Shown: positions 35,583 to 45,251, counted from the first letter of the stretch. The stretch is DNA of 64,000 nt from Planctomycetota bacterium (GCA_020638735.1 JACKHZ010000009.1:442505-506504), one strand, 5' to 3'. Notes: generated from the sequence alone by a model not told the origin. Made by a program: numbers and translations.

Positions 35583-38291
35583 TCACGACTGCGCGTAGAT
35601 GCGCAGCGCCTTGACGACCATGTTCGGGTAGAGGCCCCGGTTGTAGGTCATCGTGAAGCGCACGGCGGTCACCGAGTCGAGGTTGATGCCCGGCCCGGCG
35701 CCGCCGCCGATGCCGGCGCGCCAGCCGCCTTCCGAGCCAGGGACGACAACGCCGCCGGTGTCGAGATCGGCACCCTGGAACTCGAGCTGCAGCGGCAGCG
35801 TGATCGGCCCGCCGAGCTCCCACGCGCGGCGCGTGCCGGGCGCGCCCGAGTCGGTGAAGGTCTCGTCGATCGTGCCATTGCCGTCGAGGTCCACGTCCAG
35901 CTCGTAGCGCTGCCAGGTCGGCGGGAACACCAGCCCCGTGCCGCGCCAGGTCGACGTGTCACCCGAACGGTCGTCGGAGTCGTTCAGCGTGCCTGCGTTC
36001 TGGGCCGGGACGTAGGCCGGCACGCCGACGCCGGGGAACGCCACGAAGCCCGCCGCCTCGAGGCGATAGAAGCCGTTCGAGCCGTCGCCGCCGTGACCAG
36101 GGACCTGGATCGCCATCGCCGACAAGGCGACGAGGGCGACGATGCTGCCGGTGCCGCCGCTGGTGTCGATGGAGCCATCGACCTGCAGATCCTGGCCCGA
36201 CTGCACGAGGAACGAACCACCGGAGCCGCCGCCGCCCGGCGAGGCGATGCCGGCGTTGATGTCCGCGGTGGTCGTCGAGGTCAGGTCGTCGCCGGTGATG
36301 TAGCAGCCGTTGCCGCCCTTGGCCTCGAGCGAGGCGCTCGCCCCGATCGTGACGTCACCGCCGGCGCGCAGCACGACGGCGCCGCCGCCGCCAGTACCGC
36401 CGCTACCCGCCATCCAGCGCTCGGTCGATCCAGTGAAGCCGTAAAGGCCGAAGCCGTGGCTGCCGCCGCCACCGCCACCCGAACCGCCGACCGCGTAGTG
36501 ATCGAGCGACTGGTAGCCCGAGGGCGGGCTGGTCGGATACTGCCACGGGAAGGCAACGCCACCGGTGGCTGCGGGCTCGGTGATGATCGGAATGGCCGAG
36601 GTCGGATCGCACACCACCGGAGTCCCGCCGGGCAGCACGTAGCCGCCACCCGCACCGCCGCTGCAATACAGCGGCTGGTAGATGTTGTTGATCATCTGCG
36701 TTTGGAGCAGGGTCGGCGCGATGCCGGTCGCCGGCACCTGCTTGCCGCCGCGACCACCCGTGTCGCCGGTCTGCGCGGCGTAGGCGTGGCTGGCGAAGAC
36801 GCGCACGTTCTCACCGGGCTCGCCGTCGTTGAGCGACACGCCGTTGACAATCTCGGGCCCCACGTTGTTGCCCTCCTTGCCACCGGCGCCGCCGCGTCCG
36901 GCGCCAACGCCGCCCGCAGTGCCAGGCTGTCCCAGCGCCTGCGACGTGGCGGGCACGCCGCGAGCGACGTACGTCGACACGCGCTGGCCATTGGCCGGAC
37001 CGATCGTCGCCACGGTCGACGGAGCGTCCGCGCCGTTGACCTCGATACGACCGTCGACGATCGCCCTGCCGCGAACGTGGATGACCGGCGGCACGCTGCC
37101 GGTGAAGCGCAGCGTCGTGCCAGCGGGCAGCACGAAGTCGGTGAAGAAGAAGCGCCCGTCGGTGACCAGGTATTCCTCGCCGGTCAGCGACGCCGAAGCC
37201 GGGATCGTGAAGCTGTCGGTGTTCCACTCGAACACGCCGCCACCCACCGGGGTGCCGAGTTGCGCGTTGAACGAGCCGTGGCGGCCGTCACCGCCGATCT
37301 GGCCCGGGCGAGCGCCCGGCCCCTGCGAGCCGCCCCACACACCGCCCGAGACCAGTTCTTCCTGACCTGCGGAGCTGGTGAACGTCTCGGTCAGCGTGAT
37401 CGGCACCGAGACGCCGGCCTCGGTGAGGAACGTGAACTTGGCCGGCGTCGCGCTGCGGCCCGACAGGTCGCGCAGGTCCGACGTGACCCGCACGGTGATG
37501 CAGGCGTGGCCGGGCAGCTGCACCGAAGGTTGCCAGGTGACGACGGTCACCTCGCGCGTGCCGACCGTCTCCGTCGACAGCAGCGGCACGCCGCCGAGCG
37601 GGATCCCTTCGGCGTCGGTGTCGCACGTCCCGTCCGGCAGCGTGCCGCGCAGCACGACCCGGATCGGCGAGGCGTCGCTCAGCGACACCTGCAGCGGCGT
37701 CGTGTCGATCAGCTCGGAGAAGCGCAGCACGACGGTCGGCTGGCTCGGGGCGTGCTCGAGGTCGCTGGGCGACAGCAACTCGACGGTCGGCGCCTCGCCG
37801 TTCTCGTCCTGGATGCCGAGCGAGGCGACGACGGTGCACGCGAAGTTCGAGGCGAGACGCTGCCCGGACAGGTTGCGCACGCTCTGCGCGCCCGCGGTCA
37901 GGGCGATGATGTAGCTCTCGTTGCGCACGAACCCGAACGTGCTGATGCCGTTCTCGGTCGTCACACTGGGCGCGAACGTCACCTCGTTCTCGCTGACCAG
38001 GAACTGCCCGTTCGGCGCGACGCCGGACGCGGTGCGGATCGAGATGCTGGCGCCGTTGACGCTCTTCGGGTCGACCCGGTCGGAGAAACGGAAATGCAGG
38101 CGCTGGTTCTCGGCGATCTCGGTCACCGAGCAGCCGGTGCTCGAGCAGCCGAGGTCACAGCTGACGATGCAGAACGTCGCGCCGTCGTTGCAGCGGACGC
38201 GCAGCGACGACAGCGAGTCGGTCGAACCGCCGGAACAGCCGCCGAACGCGAGCGCGCCGGCGAAGAGCACGAGGGAAGAGGCGATGCGCAT
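35583..38291 (-). CDS. Large lipoprotein, paralog A (902 aa): Cys motif + Ig-like (SbsA-type) domains + Gly-rich beta-helix-like core
   Basis: Lipobox LFAGALAFGGC. CNDGATFCIVSCDLGCSSTGCSV. FRFSDRVDPKSVNGASISIRT. IGGDGRHGSF, VTDGRFFF, GGGGSGGSFLVQSG. The antisense 1124-aa ORF is junk. Confidence 0.7.
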   Translation of the reverse strand: MRIASSLVLFAGALAFGGCSGGSTDSLSSLRVRCNDGATFCIVSCDLGCSSTGCSVTEIAENQRLHFRFSDRVDPKSVNGASISIRTASGVAPNGQFLVSENEVTFAPSVTTENGISTFGFVRNESYIIALTAGAQSVRNLSGQRLASNFACTVVASLGIQDENGEAPTVELLSPSDLEHAPSQPTVVLRFSELIDTTPLQVSLSDASPIRVVLRGTLPDGTCDTDAEGIPLGGVPLLSTETVGTREVTVVTWQPSVQLPGHACITVRVTSDLRDLSGRSATPAKFTFLTEAGVSVPITLTETFTSSAGQEELVSGGVWGGSQGPGARPGQIGGDGRHGSFNAQLGTPVGGGVFEWNTDSFTIPASASLTGEEYLVTDGRFFFTDFVLPAGTTLRFTGSVPPVIHVRGRAIVDGRIEVNGADAPSTVATIGPANGQRVSTYVARGVPATSQALGQPGTAGGVGAGRGGAGGKEGNNVGPEIVNGVSLNDGEPGENVRVFASHAYAAQTGDTGGRGGKQVPATGIAPTLLQTQMINNIYQPLYCSGGAGGGYVLPGGTPVVCDPTSAIPIITEPAATGGVAFPWQYPTSPPSGYQSLDHYAVGGSGGGGGGSHGFGLYGFTGSTERWMAGSGGTGGGGAVVLRAGGDVTIGASASLEAKGGNGCYITGDDLTSTTTADINAGIASPGGGGSGGSFLVQSGQDLQVDGSIDTSGGTGSIVALVALSAMAIQVPGHGGDGSNGFYRLEAAGFVAFPGVGVPAYVPAQNAGTLNDSDDRSGDTSTWRGTGLVFPPTWQRYELDVDLDGNGTIDETFTDSGAPGTRRAWELGGPITLPLQLEFQGADLDTGGVVVPGSEGGWRAGIGGGAGPGINLDSVTAVRFTMTYNRGLYPNMVVKALRIYAQS

Positions 38292-38315
38292 GATGCAACG
38301 GGGGACGGTTCGGGA

Positions 38316-41009
38316 TCAGTTCCGGTAGACGACGGTGACGCGATCGACGACCACGTCGGCCGCGAGCGCATGATCGATGAGCAGCATGAAGCGGAAGGCA
38401 TTGCGGCCGTCCGAGGCGATGCCGGTCTGGTTGCTGCTGCTGCGCACCGATGTGCGCCAGGCGGGCAACACGGGGTCGAGCACTTCGCCGGTGACGAGGT
38501 CGAGGTTGGCGGCCTGGAACAGCACGCGCAGCGGCGCACCGACCCCGGCCGCGAGATTCGACACCGCGGGGTCGTCGCTGAACAGCATCGGCGCGCCGTC
38601 GACCGTCGCCGAGATCTCGTAGCGCGCGAACTCGGGGCCGAAGATCAGGCCGGTCGAATACCACGTCGACCGCAGCGCGACGATGTCGTCGAGCTCGGTC
38701 AGCGCGCCGACGTTCTGCGTGGTGGCGGCCGGCGACATCGACGACAGCGCCGAGAGCTGCGGCTGGGTCGGCAGTTCGAACCGGACCATGCCGTTTCCGC
38801 CATTGCCACCGCGGATGTCGACGACACCACCGCCGGGCGCCGTGCCGCCGCCGCCGGTCTTGGTGAACACGCCGCCGAGGCCGCCGGAGACGTTGATCTC
38901 GCCCTCGAGGTCGGCGGTGCCGCCGCTCTGCAGCACGATCGACCCGCCGGCGCCACCGCCGGCCGGCGCGACCTGCGGGCCGGCCGCGACGCCGATGTTG
39001 CTGGCGGCGCCACCGCCGACGGCCAGGAGCTTGCCCGCCGGCGTCACCACCAGCGAACGGCCGGCGCGCAGCGCGAACGCGCCGCCACCGCCGCCGCCGC
39101 CGGCGCCCGGCGCCCACTGGCGCGACAGGGCGAGCGACAGCGTGCTGTTGCTGGCCGAGCCACCACCACCGCCGCCACCGGCGAGGAAGTGCAGCGAGCT
39201 GCGCAGCAGTCCGGTCGCCGGCGGGAACGGGAACAGCTGCACGGCCGAGCCGCCCGGCGCCACCGGGCCGAAGAAGGTCGTCTGATTGCTCATCGGCACG
39301 CCGTTCTGCTTGATGCTGAGCACGTAGCCGTCGCCGCCCGCGGTGAACAGACCGCCACCGGAGCCGCCGGCCACCGCGTTCAGCGCGTAGTGGAGCGGCG
39401 TGGTCGGCGGGGGCATGGTCGCGAACAGCATGTCCGCGTTGAGGCCCGACGCCGGGAAGAGGTCTGAGCCCCGACCGCCGGTGCTGGCCAACGAACCGAG
39501 GTAGGCGTGACCGGCGAGCAGACGGGCGTTGCCGCCGTCGTTGCCGTCGTAGTTGCCCAGGCTCGCGCCGAGGCCCAGGCACTTGTCGCCACCGGCGCCG
39601 CCGGAGCCGGCGAAGATCGCGCCGGCGCCGCCGGGTTGCCCGGGAGTCGTCGAGACGGTCGGCACCGTGGTCAGCGACTCGCCGGTCGCGTCGATGACGC
39701 CGAGCACCTCGATCTTGCCAGCGACCGTGACGACGGGCGCGGAGCTGCCCACGAACCGCAGGGCAACCGAGCTCGGCACGACCATCGACGAGAAGAAGAA
39801 CCGACCGTCGGTCACCGCCAGCGCGGCGCCCGTCGTCGTGTTCTCCGCCGGGATGATCGTGTTGTCGCAGTCGAGCTCGTAGAGGTCCTTGCCGTAGAGC
39901 TGGTTGCCGGTGTTGACGCACAGGGCGAGTGAGAACTCGCCGTGTCGACCGTCGCCGCCGATCTTGGCGAAGCTGGCGGTGCCGCTGCCCCACTCACCCG
40001 CCGAACCGTCGGCGTCGAAGTGCAGGTTGTCGTCGAAGCTCTCGGTGATCTCGAAGTCGGCCAACGGCACGACGACGGTCCGGAACACGAAGCTCTGCGG
40101 CATGGCCGGATGCCCCGAGAGGTCCGTGACGACGTCGGTCACGTTGATCTCGATGCAGACGTTGCCCGGCAGCGCCTGCGTCGGCGTGAACGTCAGGATC
40201 GACACGCTGCGCGCCGCGTCGAAGCTCAGCGACTGCGTGCCGCTGAGGGTCTGCAACGACGAGGTCGGGTCGCACTCGTAGCCGCCGCCACTGGCGGCGC
40301 GCGTGCGGCGCACGCCGAACTCGACCGGGCTCTGCGTGCCCGACAGGAACGGCGTCGCGTCGATCAGCTCGTTGAACTCGAGGCGGATCGCGGCGTCGAG
40401 CGGGGCGGCGTCGATCTGGCTGGTCGGCGGCGAAATGAGGATCGCCGACGGCGGCGACTGGTTGAGGTCCTGGATGCCGAGCACCGACCGCAGCGTGCAG
40501 GTCAGCGTCTGACCGAAGGGCTTGCCCGAGGTGCTGCGCACCACCGCCGGCTGGTTGTCGCCGCCGATGATGGTCATCGTGTAGGTCTCGCCCGTCGTGA
40601 AGCCGTAGAACGTCTGGCCGCCGGTGATCGACAGCGTCGGCACGAACTCGACCTGGTAGCCGTTGACGAAGAACTCGCCGACCGGCTCGTCACCGCTCGG
40701 GGTGCGGAAGCGGATCGACGAAGAGTTGACCGTGTTCTCGTCGACCGGCTCGCTGAACTGCAGCACGATGATCTCGTTCTGCGCGATGTCGGTGCGGGAG
40801 CAGCCGGTGGTCGAACAGCCCAGGTTGCAGTTCTGCAGGCACAGCACCCGCGAGCTCTGGCCGTTCACGTCGACGCACGAGAACCCCGTGCTGCGACCGA
40901 TCGCGGCGCCGCCGTTGGAGCAACCGCTCAGCCCCGCCCCGACAATCGGCAGCACAAGCCCAACCAGCGCAACGAGTAGTGAACGTCTCGGCCGAGCACC
41001 TACAGTCAT
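38316..41009 (-). CDS. Large lipoprotein, paralog B (897 aa), same architecture as paralog A
   Basis: Trimmed from track ORF 38316..41561 to MTVGARPRRSLLVALVGLVLPIVGAGLSGC (lipobox). GGAG lies 5 nt upstream of the ATG. CVDVNGQSSRVLCLQNCNLGCSTTGCSR. LQFSEPVDENTVNSSSIRFRT. IGGDGRHGEF, VTDGRFFF, GGGAGGSIVLQSG. Confidence 0.7.
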   Translation of the reverse strand: MTVGARPRRSLLVALVGLVLPIVGAGLSGCSNGGAAIGRSTGFSCVDVNGQSSRVLCLQNCNLGCSTTGCSRTDIAQNEIIVLQFSEPVDENTVNSSSIRFRTPSGDEPVGEFFVNGYQVEFVPTLSITGGQTFYGFTTGETYTMTIIGGDNQPAVVRSTSGKPFGQTLTCTLRSVLGIQDLNQSPPSAILISPPTSQIDAAPLDAAIRLEFNELIDATPFLSGTQSPVEFGVRRTRAASGGGYECDPTSSLQTLSGTQSLSFDAARSVSILTFTPTQALPGNVCIEINVTDVVTDLSGHPAMPQSFVFRTVVVPLADFEITESFDDNLHFDADGSAGEWGSGTASFAKIGGDGRHGEFSLALCVNTGNQLYGKDLYELDCDNTIIPAENTTTGAALAVTDGRFFFSSMVVPSSVALRFVGSSAPVVTVAGKIEVLGVIDATGESLTTVPTVSTTPGQPGGAGAIFAGSGGAGGDKCLGLGASLGNYDGNDGGNARLLAGHAYLGSLASTGGRGSDLFPASGLNADMLFATMPPPTTPLHYALNAVAGGSGGGLFTAGGDGYVLSIKQNGVPMSNQTTFFGPVAPGGSAVQLFPFPPATGLLRSSLHFLAGGGGGGGSASNSTLSLALSRQWAPGAGGGGGGGAFALRAGRSLVVTPAGKLLAVGGGAASNIGVAAGPQVAPAGGGAGGSIVLQSGGTADLEGEINVSGGLGGVFTKTGGGGTAPGGGVVDIRGGNGGNGMVRFELPTQPQLSALSSMSPAATTQNVGALTELDDIVALRSTWYSTGLIFGPEFARYEISATVDGAPMLFSDDPAVSNLAAGVGAPLRVLFQAANLDLVTGEVLDPVLPAWRTSVRSSSNQTGIASDGRNAFRFMLLIDHALAADVVVDRVTVVYRN

Positions 41010-41445
41010 GTTTGCTCCGTGTCGGTGGATGACACCGTATCGTGATCTGGCAGTCACTTTCTGTGCAGGATCGGGGTGGAAGGCAGCTGCCCGACTGCAC
41101 CCCACGCGCCGCGCAACGAGCGGCGCGGAGTCGGGAGATGCAGACGGAACGCCGTCCTTCGGGGCGGCAACCGTGAGGGGCTGACGGCGACCGGGGACGT
41201 GAGGGCAGAGGCTGGGCAAGGAAACCATACCGCAGGAGAAGCTGCAAGGTCGGCGTGTGCCGACGGATGGGGAGGGGCGGACCGGGGCGCACGCAACCGG
41301 GACAACTTCCATGCCGGTGGCGATGGACCGCGGCCCCACCGCACCGGACCTCGTCAACAGCCGGTGGCACTGGGCTTTGCATCCCTTCGCCGGGCCGGCA
41401 CCCCGCCGATCGGGAGCGCACACGGCGGGTGCGGGTGCAGTACGG

Positions 41446-41478
41446 CACGTCGTGTTGTTCGACATCGAACACGACGTG
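41446..41478. promoter_or_regulatory. Imperfect palindrome (possible operator) 34 nt upstream of the 41512 start
   Basis: cacgtcgt-gtt-gttcga-ca-tcgaac-acgacgtg: 8-bp and 6-bp inverted arms with a 3-nt bulge. Confidence 0.3.
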
Positions 41479-41511
41479 ACGCGCCACCTTCCCCGATCTA
41501 CCCTGCTACCG

Positions 41512-42513
41512 ATGACCGGCACCGCCCCTCGCCCACCCCGCGCAAGCCTGCTCGCCCCCATTGCCCTCGCCGCGCTGGCCGGCGTCGTCGGCTACACCGG
41601 CTACAGGGTGCTCCAGGTCGAGCGGCAGCTCGCCGCGCAGAACGAGACCCTCAGCGGCATGTTCGCCGAGGTGACCCGCATGCGCCTCGAGCAGAGCAGC
41701 GAGGGCCAGGGTCCGTCGGCGCTGCTCGAGAAGCTGCGGGTCTACGCGCCGATGAGCGTCGATTCCCAGGTGACCGAACCCGACTTCCAGAACGCGAGGA
41801 AGCAGATGGATGCGGTGTTGCGGGCGTTCGAGTCGCTCGGTCACGACGCCTACGCGCCGATCGTCGCGCGACTCGAGCAGGCGGACGTTCGCAAGGACCA
41901 CGACGAGATCACCTGGCTGCTCCGGGCCGCGGTGCGCGTCGACCCGGTCGCCGGCGAGCATCTCGTGCAGGAGATCCTGCTCGGCTACCGCCTGCCGTCC
42001 CCGCGGCTGCGCTGGTTCGCGGCATACCTGCTCACCCAGGTCAACAAGCCGCTGGCGCAGCAACTGCTCCGGCGCATCCTGCTGACCGAGTCCTGGCGCG
42101 GCCGCAACAACGAACGCGCGGCGCAGTACGACGCGAAGGTGCTCGACCCGGCCGCCTACGCGACCACTGGCTTCTACAACTTCGTCGCGCACTACATCCG
42201 CAGCGAAGACCCCGAGATCGACGACACCCTGCTGCAGGTGATGGGGCGCGCCGAACACGACCAGCTGACGATCAAGGAGTGCATCGAGGAGCTCGGACGC
42301 CGCAAGTGCGCGCGCGCCGCCGGGCCGATCGAGCAGTTCTACGCGCACCCGCCGGTGACGCAGGACGACCCGCTCTTCCTCAACGCCTGCCTCGACGCGC
42401 TGTTCGAGATCCGCGGCGCCGCGCTGAAGCCGTTCCTCGAGAAGGCGCTCGCCACCGCCAGCTCGGACGTGGTCCTGCGCCACGTCCAGTTCCTGCTCGA
42501 CAAGCTGAAGTGA
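41512..42513 (+). CDS. Membrane-anchored HEAT/ARM-like repeat protein, unknown function
   Basis: Start chosen at MTGTAPRPPRASLLAPIALAALAGVVGYTGY (N-terminal anchor). The rest is helical-repeat-like. The upstream 85 codons of the track ORF look non-coding. Confidence 0.55.
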   Translation: MTGTAPRPPRASLLAPIALAALAGVVGYTGYRVLQVERQLAAQNETLSGMFAEVTRMRLEQSSEGQGPSALLEKLRVYAPMSVDSQVTEPDFQNARKQMDAVLRAFESLGHDAYAPIVARLEQADVRKDHDEITWLLRAAVRVDPVAGEHLVQEILLGYRLPSPRLRWFAAYLLTQVNKPLAQQLLRRILLTESWRGRNNERAAQYDAKVLDPAAYATTGFYNFVAHYIRSEDPEIDDTLLQVMGRAEHDQLTIKECIEELGRRKCARAAGPIEQFYAHPPVTQDDPLFLNACLDALFEIRGAALKPFLEKALATASSDVVLRHVQFLLDKLK

Positions 42514-42531
42514 GGCGGTCCGCGGCCAGGA

Positions 42532-42999
42532 TCAGCCGAGGAACTCGATCGCGCCGCCGGGCAGGAAGTAGAGGATCAGCATGTGGCCGTCGGTGACCGT
42601 CGGCACGTGCTCGCTGCCCTTGCCGTAGACCACCCAGCCCTCCGGCTGGCCGTCGAAGCGGCCGTTGCCGTCGCCGGCGAAGCACAGATCGATCTCGCCG
42701 TTCGGGTGACGGTGCCGCGGCCCGGGTCGGTCCATCGACACGCAGTCGACGCTGAATCCGCACAGGTCCTTGGCGACGCGGCCGAAGCGGATGCCGCCTG
42801 CCTCCTTCGGCATCAGCCACTCACCGCCGGCGTTGGCGAACGTCGCCCGGCGGATCGCCGCGACCGACTCGCCGCCGAACGCCGCAGCGCGCTCGGCCTG
42901 CTGCGCCGCGTCGGGTGCGTCGACGTCGACGGCACGCAACGCCTCGGCCAGCGGGCGCAGCAACTCGACGAACTGTTCCTTGCTCAGCTTCTCGGACAT
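42532..42999 (-). CDS. Conserved hypothetical protein (small beta-barrel/cupin-like?)
   Basis: Normal composition (MSEKLSKEQFVELLRPLAEAL...HRHPNGEIDLCF...HVPTVTDGHMLILYFLPGGAIEF). No firm family assignment. Confidence 0.55.
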   Translation of the reverse strand: MSEKLSKEQFVELLRPLAEALRAVDVDAPDAAQQAERAAAFGGESVAAIRRATFANAGGEWLMPKEAGGIRFGRVAKDLCGFSVDCVSMDRPGPRHRHPNGEIDLCFAGDGNGRFDGQPEGWVVYGKGSEHVPTVTDGHMLILYFLPGGAIEFLG

Positions 43000-43032
43000 G
43001 GCTCGGGTTCTCCGACTCGGTGGCCCTCTCGT

Positions 43033-43566
43033 TCACTTGCCCTTCGGGCGGAACACCTGCACGACGTCCGGGTTGCCCTCGAGGCGCGGCCCGCCGATCA
43101 GGTCGATGCAATACGGGATCGCCGGGAACACCGCGTCCAGACAGACGCGGATCGAGGCGGGCTTGCCCGGCAGGGTGACGACCAGCGCGCGATCGAGGAT
43201 CGCCGCGGTCTGTCGCGACAGGATCGCCGTCGGCACCCCGGCCTGCAGCGACGCCGTCCGCATCTGCTCGCCGAAGCCGGGCAGCTCCTTGTGGCAGACG
43301 TCGCGGATCGCCTCGGGCGTGACGTCGCGCGGCGCCGGACCGGTGCCGCCGGTCGTGCAGATCAGGCAGCAGCCCGCGGCCGCGAGTTCGCGAAGGGTCG
43401 CGGCGATCACGTCGCGCTCGTCGGCGACACAGCGCTTCTCGAAGGCGCACGGCGTGGCCAGGTAGTCGCGCAAGGCCGCCTCGATCGCCGGCCCGCTCTC
43501 GTCGGCGTAGACGCCGAGCGTGGCGCGGTCGCTGACGGTGACGATGCCGATGCGCGGCTCGCTCAC
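43033..43566 (-). CDS. mogA: Molybdopterin adenylyltransferase MogA
   Basis: Start at GTG (VSEPRIGIVTVSDR), with a GTGA overlap with the upstream gene stop. LICTTGGTGPAPRDVTPEA and LPGKP motifs of the MoaB/MogA family. Confidence 0.85.
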   Translation of the reverse strand: MSEPRIGIVTVSDRATLGVYADESGPAIEAALRDYLATPCAFEKRCVADERDVIAATLRELAAAGCCLICTTGGTGPAPRDVTPEAIRDVCHKELPGFGEQMRTASLQAGVPTAILSRQTAAILDRALVVTLPGKPASIRVCLDAVFPAIPYCIDLIGGPRLEGNPDVVQVFRPKGK

Positions 43567-45251
43567 ACCGAGCCCGCGTCCGGCAGCGGCGCGTCCTCGT
43601 TGGTGGTGTCGCGACCGGCAGCGACCATGCTCTTGATGCGGATGCGGAACTCGCCGCGTTCCTCCGGCTCGGCGGGGCGCCAACGGCCCTGATGGCGGCG
43701 GCGTTCGATCGCCGCGCCCTGCATCACCACCGACGTGACGTGCTTGCCCTCGGGCGAGAACACGTGCACGCGTCCCTTCGGCCCGAGCACGACCACGGTC
43801 GCCTGGTCGATGTCCCAGAGGATCGCCTGGTCACTGGCCTCGGCGGCGTCCGGGTAGGCGCGCGACGTCGGCCGCTGGCCCTCCTCGCTGCGCTCGAGAC
43901 CGTGCTGGGTGCGCCGACCGGCGTTCCTGGTGCGGCTCTGCAGCTGGCGCGCGAGGTCCTGCAGCAGCGGCAGCACGAACGCCTCCTCGTCGACCTCGCC
44001 GTGCTTGAGCTGGCCCTCGAGCCGCAGCGCCTCGCCGTCGAGCTTGCGCTGGAACCGGCTGAGGATCTGCATCAGCGCAGGGTCGGCGAGGTCCATCGGG
44101 TCGACGGCCCCGACCGCGTGCAGGCGCAGCCGCACGCGGCCTTCGAGCGTCGACCCGCGCAGCAGCTGGAAGCTGAAGGCGCAGCGCCCCGCGTCGTTGA
44201 GCACGCGGAACAGGCCGGCGTCGACCTGACCGAGGATCTTGAACACCGGCGAGGCGCTGCCGAACTCGGCGAGCTGCTGGGTGCGCAGCACCCGGCCCAT
44301 CGTCACGTGCGTCAGGATCACCTCCTCGCCGGCCAGCAGCCGGTCGATGTTGGCGTCCTTGCGATCGATCGCCAGCGTCACGAAGTCGGCGAAGTTGGGC
44401 TTGCCGGTCGACGTGTAGCCGTCGAACACCTGACGCGGCTCCTTCGGCCGGCAACCCTCGGCGTGCGAGCTGTCGTCGAAGTAGCTGTAGACGGCGCCCG
44501 GGCGCAGCGCCTTCTCGTGCTCGCGCACGTCGCGCACGCGCTGCAGGATCTGCTCGACCGCAGTGCCGGCTGCGTGGCGGACGTCGTTGCCGCCGTCGAG
44601 CGGCACGCGCAGGTGCAGGTCGAGGTAACGCGGCATCGCCAACGGATCGACGCCCTCGACGCGCAACAACGCCTGCGCCATGTCGGCCAGCGCACGCACC
44701 GCCAGCATGGCGGAGTGCTGGGAGTCCTTGTGACCGCGACGGTCGCGACCGTGTTCCTTGCGCGGATGTTCGCGACCGCCTTCGCGGCGCTGCTTGCCCT
44801 GCTTCTGCTTCGGCTGGCGTTGCTGCTGGGGCCGCGGCGCGGCCTCGGCCTCGCCCTCGGCCGGAGCCTCGCCGGAGTCGACGCCTTCGGCCGTCTCGCC
44901 GCCTTCCGCGCCATCGCCACCGGCCTCGCCACCACCCTTGCGACGGCGGCGGCGGCGGCGGCGGCGCTTGCGGCCACCCTCCCCATCGCCTTCGCCGGTA
45001 GCGGCGCCTTCGCCACCACCATCGTGGTCGGCGCCATCGTGGTCGGCGCCATCGTCTGGACGATGCCCACCACCAGGATCACCACCGGGCGATGGCGACG
45101 ACGACGCGGCGACCTCTGCCTGGGGCTCGGTCGGGTGCGCCGGCTCGGCCGGCGGGACAGCTGCGGGATCGGACTCGTTCACGGGCCGGAAGACGATGCA
45201 GGGCGACCGCCGGACGGGCAAGCCGGCCGGGCAAGAAACACCGCAGCGCAC
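43563..45251 (-). CDS. Hypothetical protein with highly charged disordered N-terminus (poly-Arg) and conserved-looking C-terminal domain
   Basis: The N-terminal ~190 aa are Gly/Glu/Asp/Arg/Gln-rich (RKRRRRRRRRRK; QQQRQPKQKQGKQRREGGREHPRKEH). The C-terminal ~370 aa have ordinary globular composition. The start is uncertain; GTG at 45182 is an alternative. Confidence 0.55.
   Translation of the reverse strand: MRCGVSCPAGLPVRRSPCIVFRPVNESDPAAVPPAEPAHPTEPQAEVAASSSPSPGGDPGGGHRPDDGADHDGADHDGGGEGAATGEGDGEGGRKRRRRRRRRRKGGGEAGGDGAEGGETAEGVDSGEAPAEGEAEAAPRPQQQRQPKQKQGKQRREGGREHPRKEHGRDRRGHKDSQHSAMLAVRALADMAQALLRVEGVDPLAMPRYLDLHLRVPLDGGNDVRHAAGTAVEQILQRVRDVREHEKALRPGAVYSYFDDSSHAEGCRPKEPRQVFDGYTSTGKPNFADFVTLAIDRKDANIDRLLAGEEVILTHVTMGRVLRTQQLAEFGSASPVFKILGQVDAGLFRVLNDAGRCAFSFQLLRGSTLEGRVRLRLHAVGAVDPMDLADPALMQILSRFQRKLDGEALRLEGQLKHGEVDEEAFVLPLLQDLARQLQSRTRNAGRRTQHGLERSEEGQRPTSRAYPDAAEASDQAILWDIDQATVVVLGPKGRVHVFSPEGKHVTSVVMQGAAIERRRHQGRWRPAEPEERGEFRIRIKSMVAAGRDTTNEDAPLPDAGSV
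44945..44965. repeat. (CGG)7 trinucleotide microsatellite
   Basis: cggcggcggcggcggcggcgg on the + strand encodes part of the poly-Arg run of the minus-strand gene. Confidence 0.9.

Noticed and set aside
41365-41381. TGGCAC-N-TTGCA sigma-54-like promoter
   Set aside because: The GG-to-GC spacing is 13 nt instead of the invariant 12. I saw no enhancer-binding-protein gene or upstream activator sites nearby. It is kept only as a remark under the intergenic-region finding.
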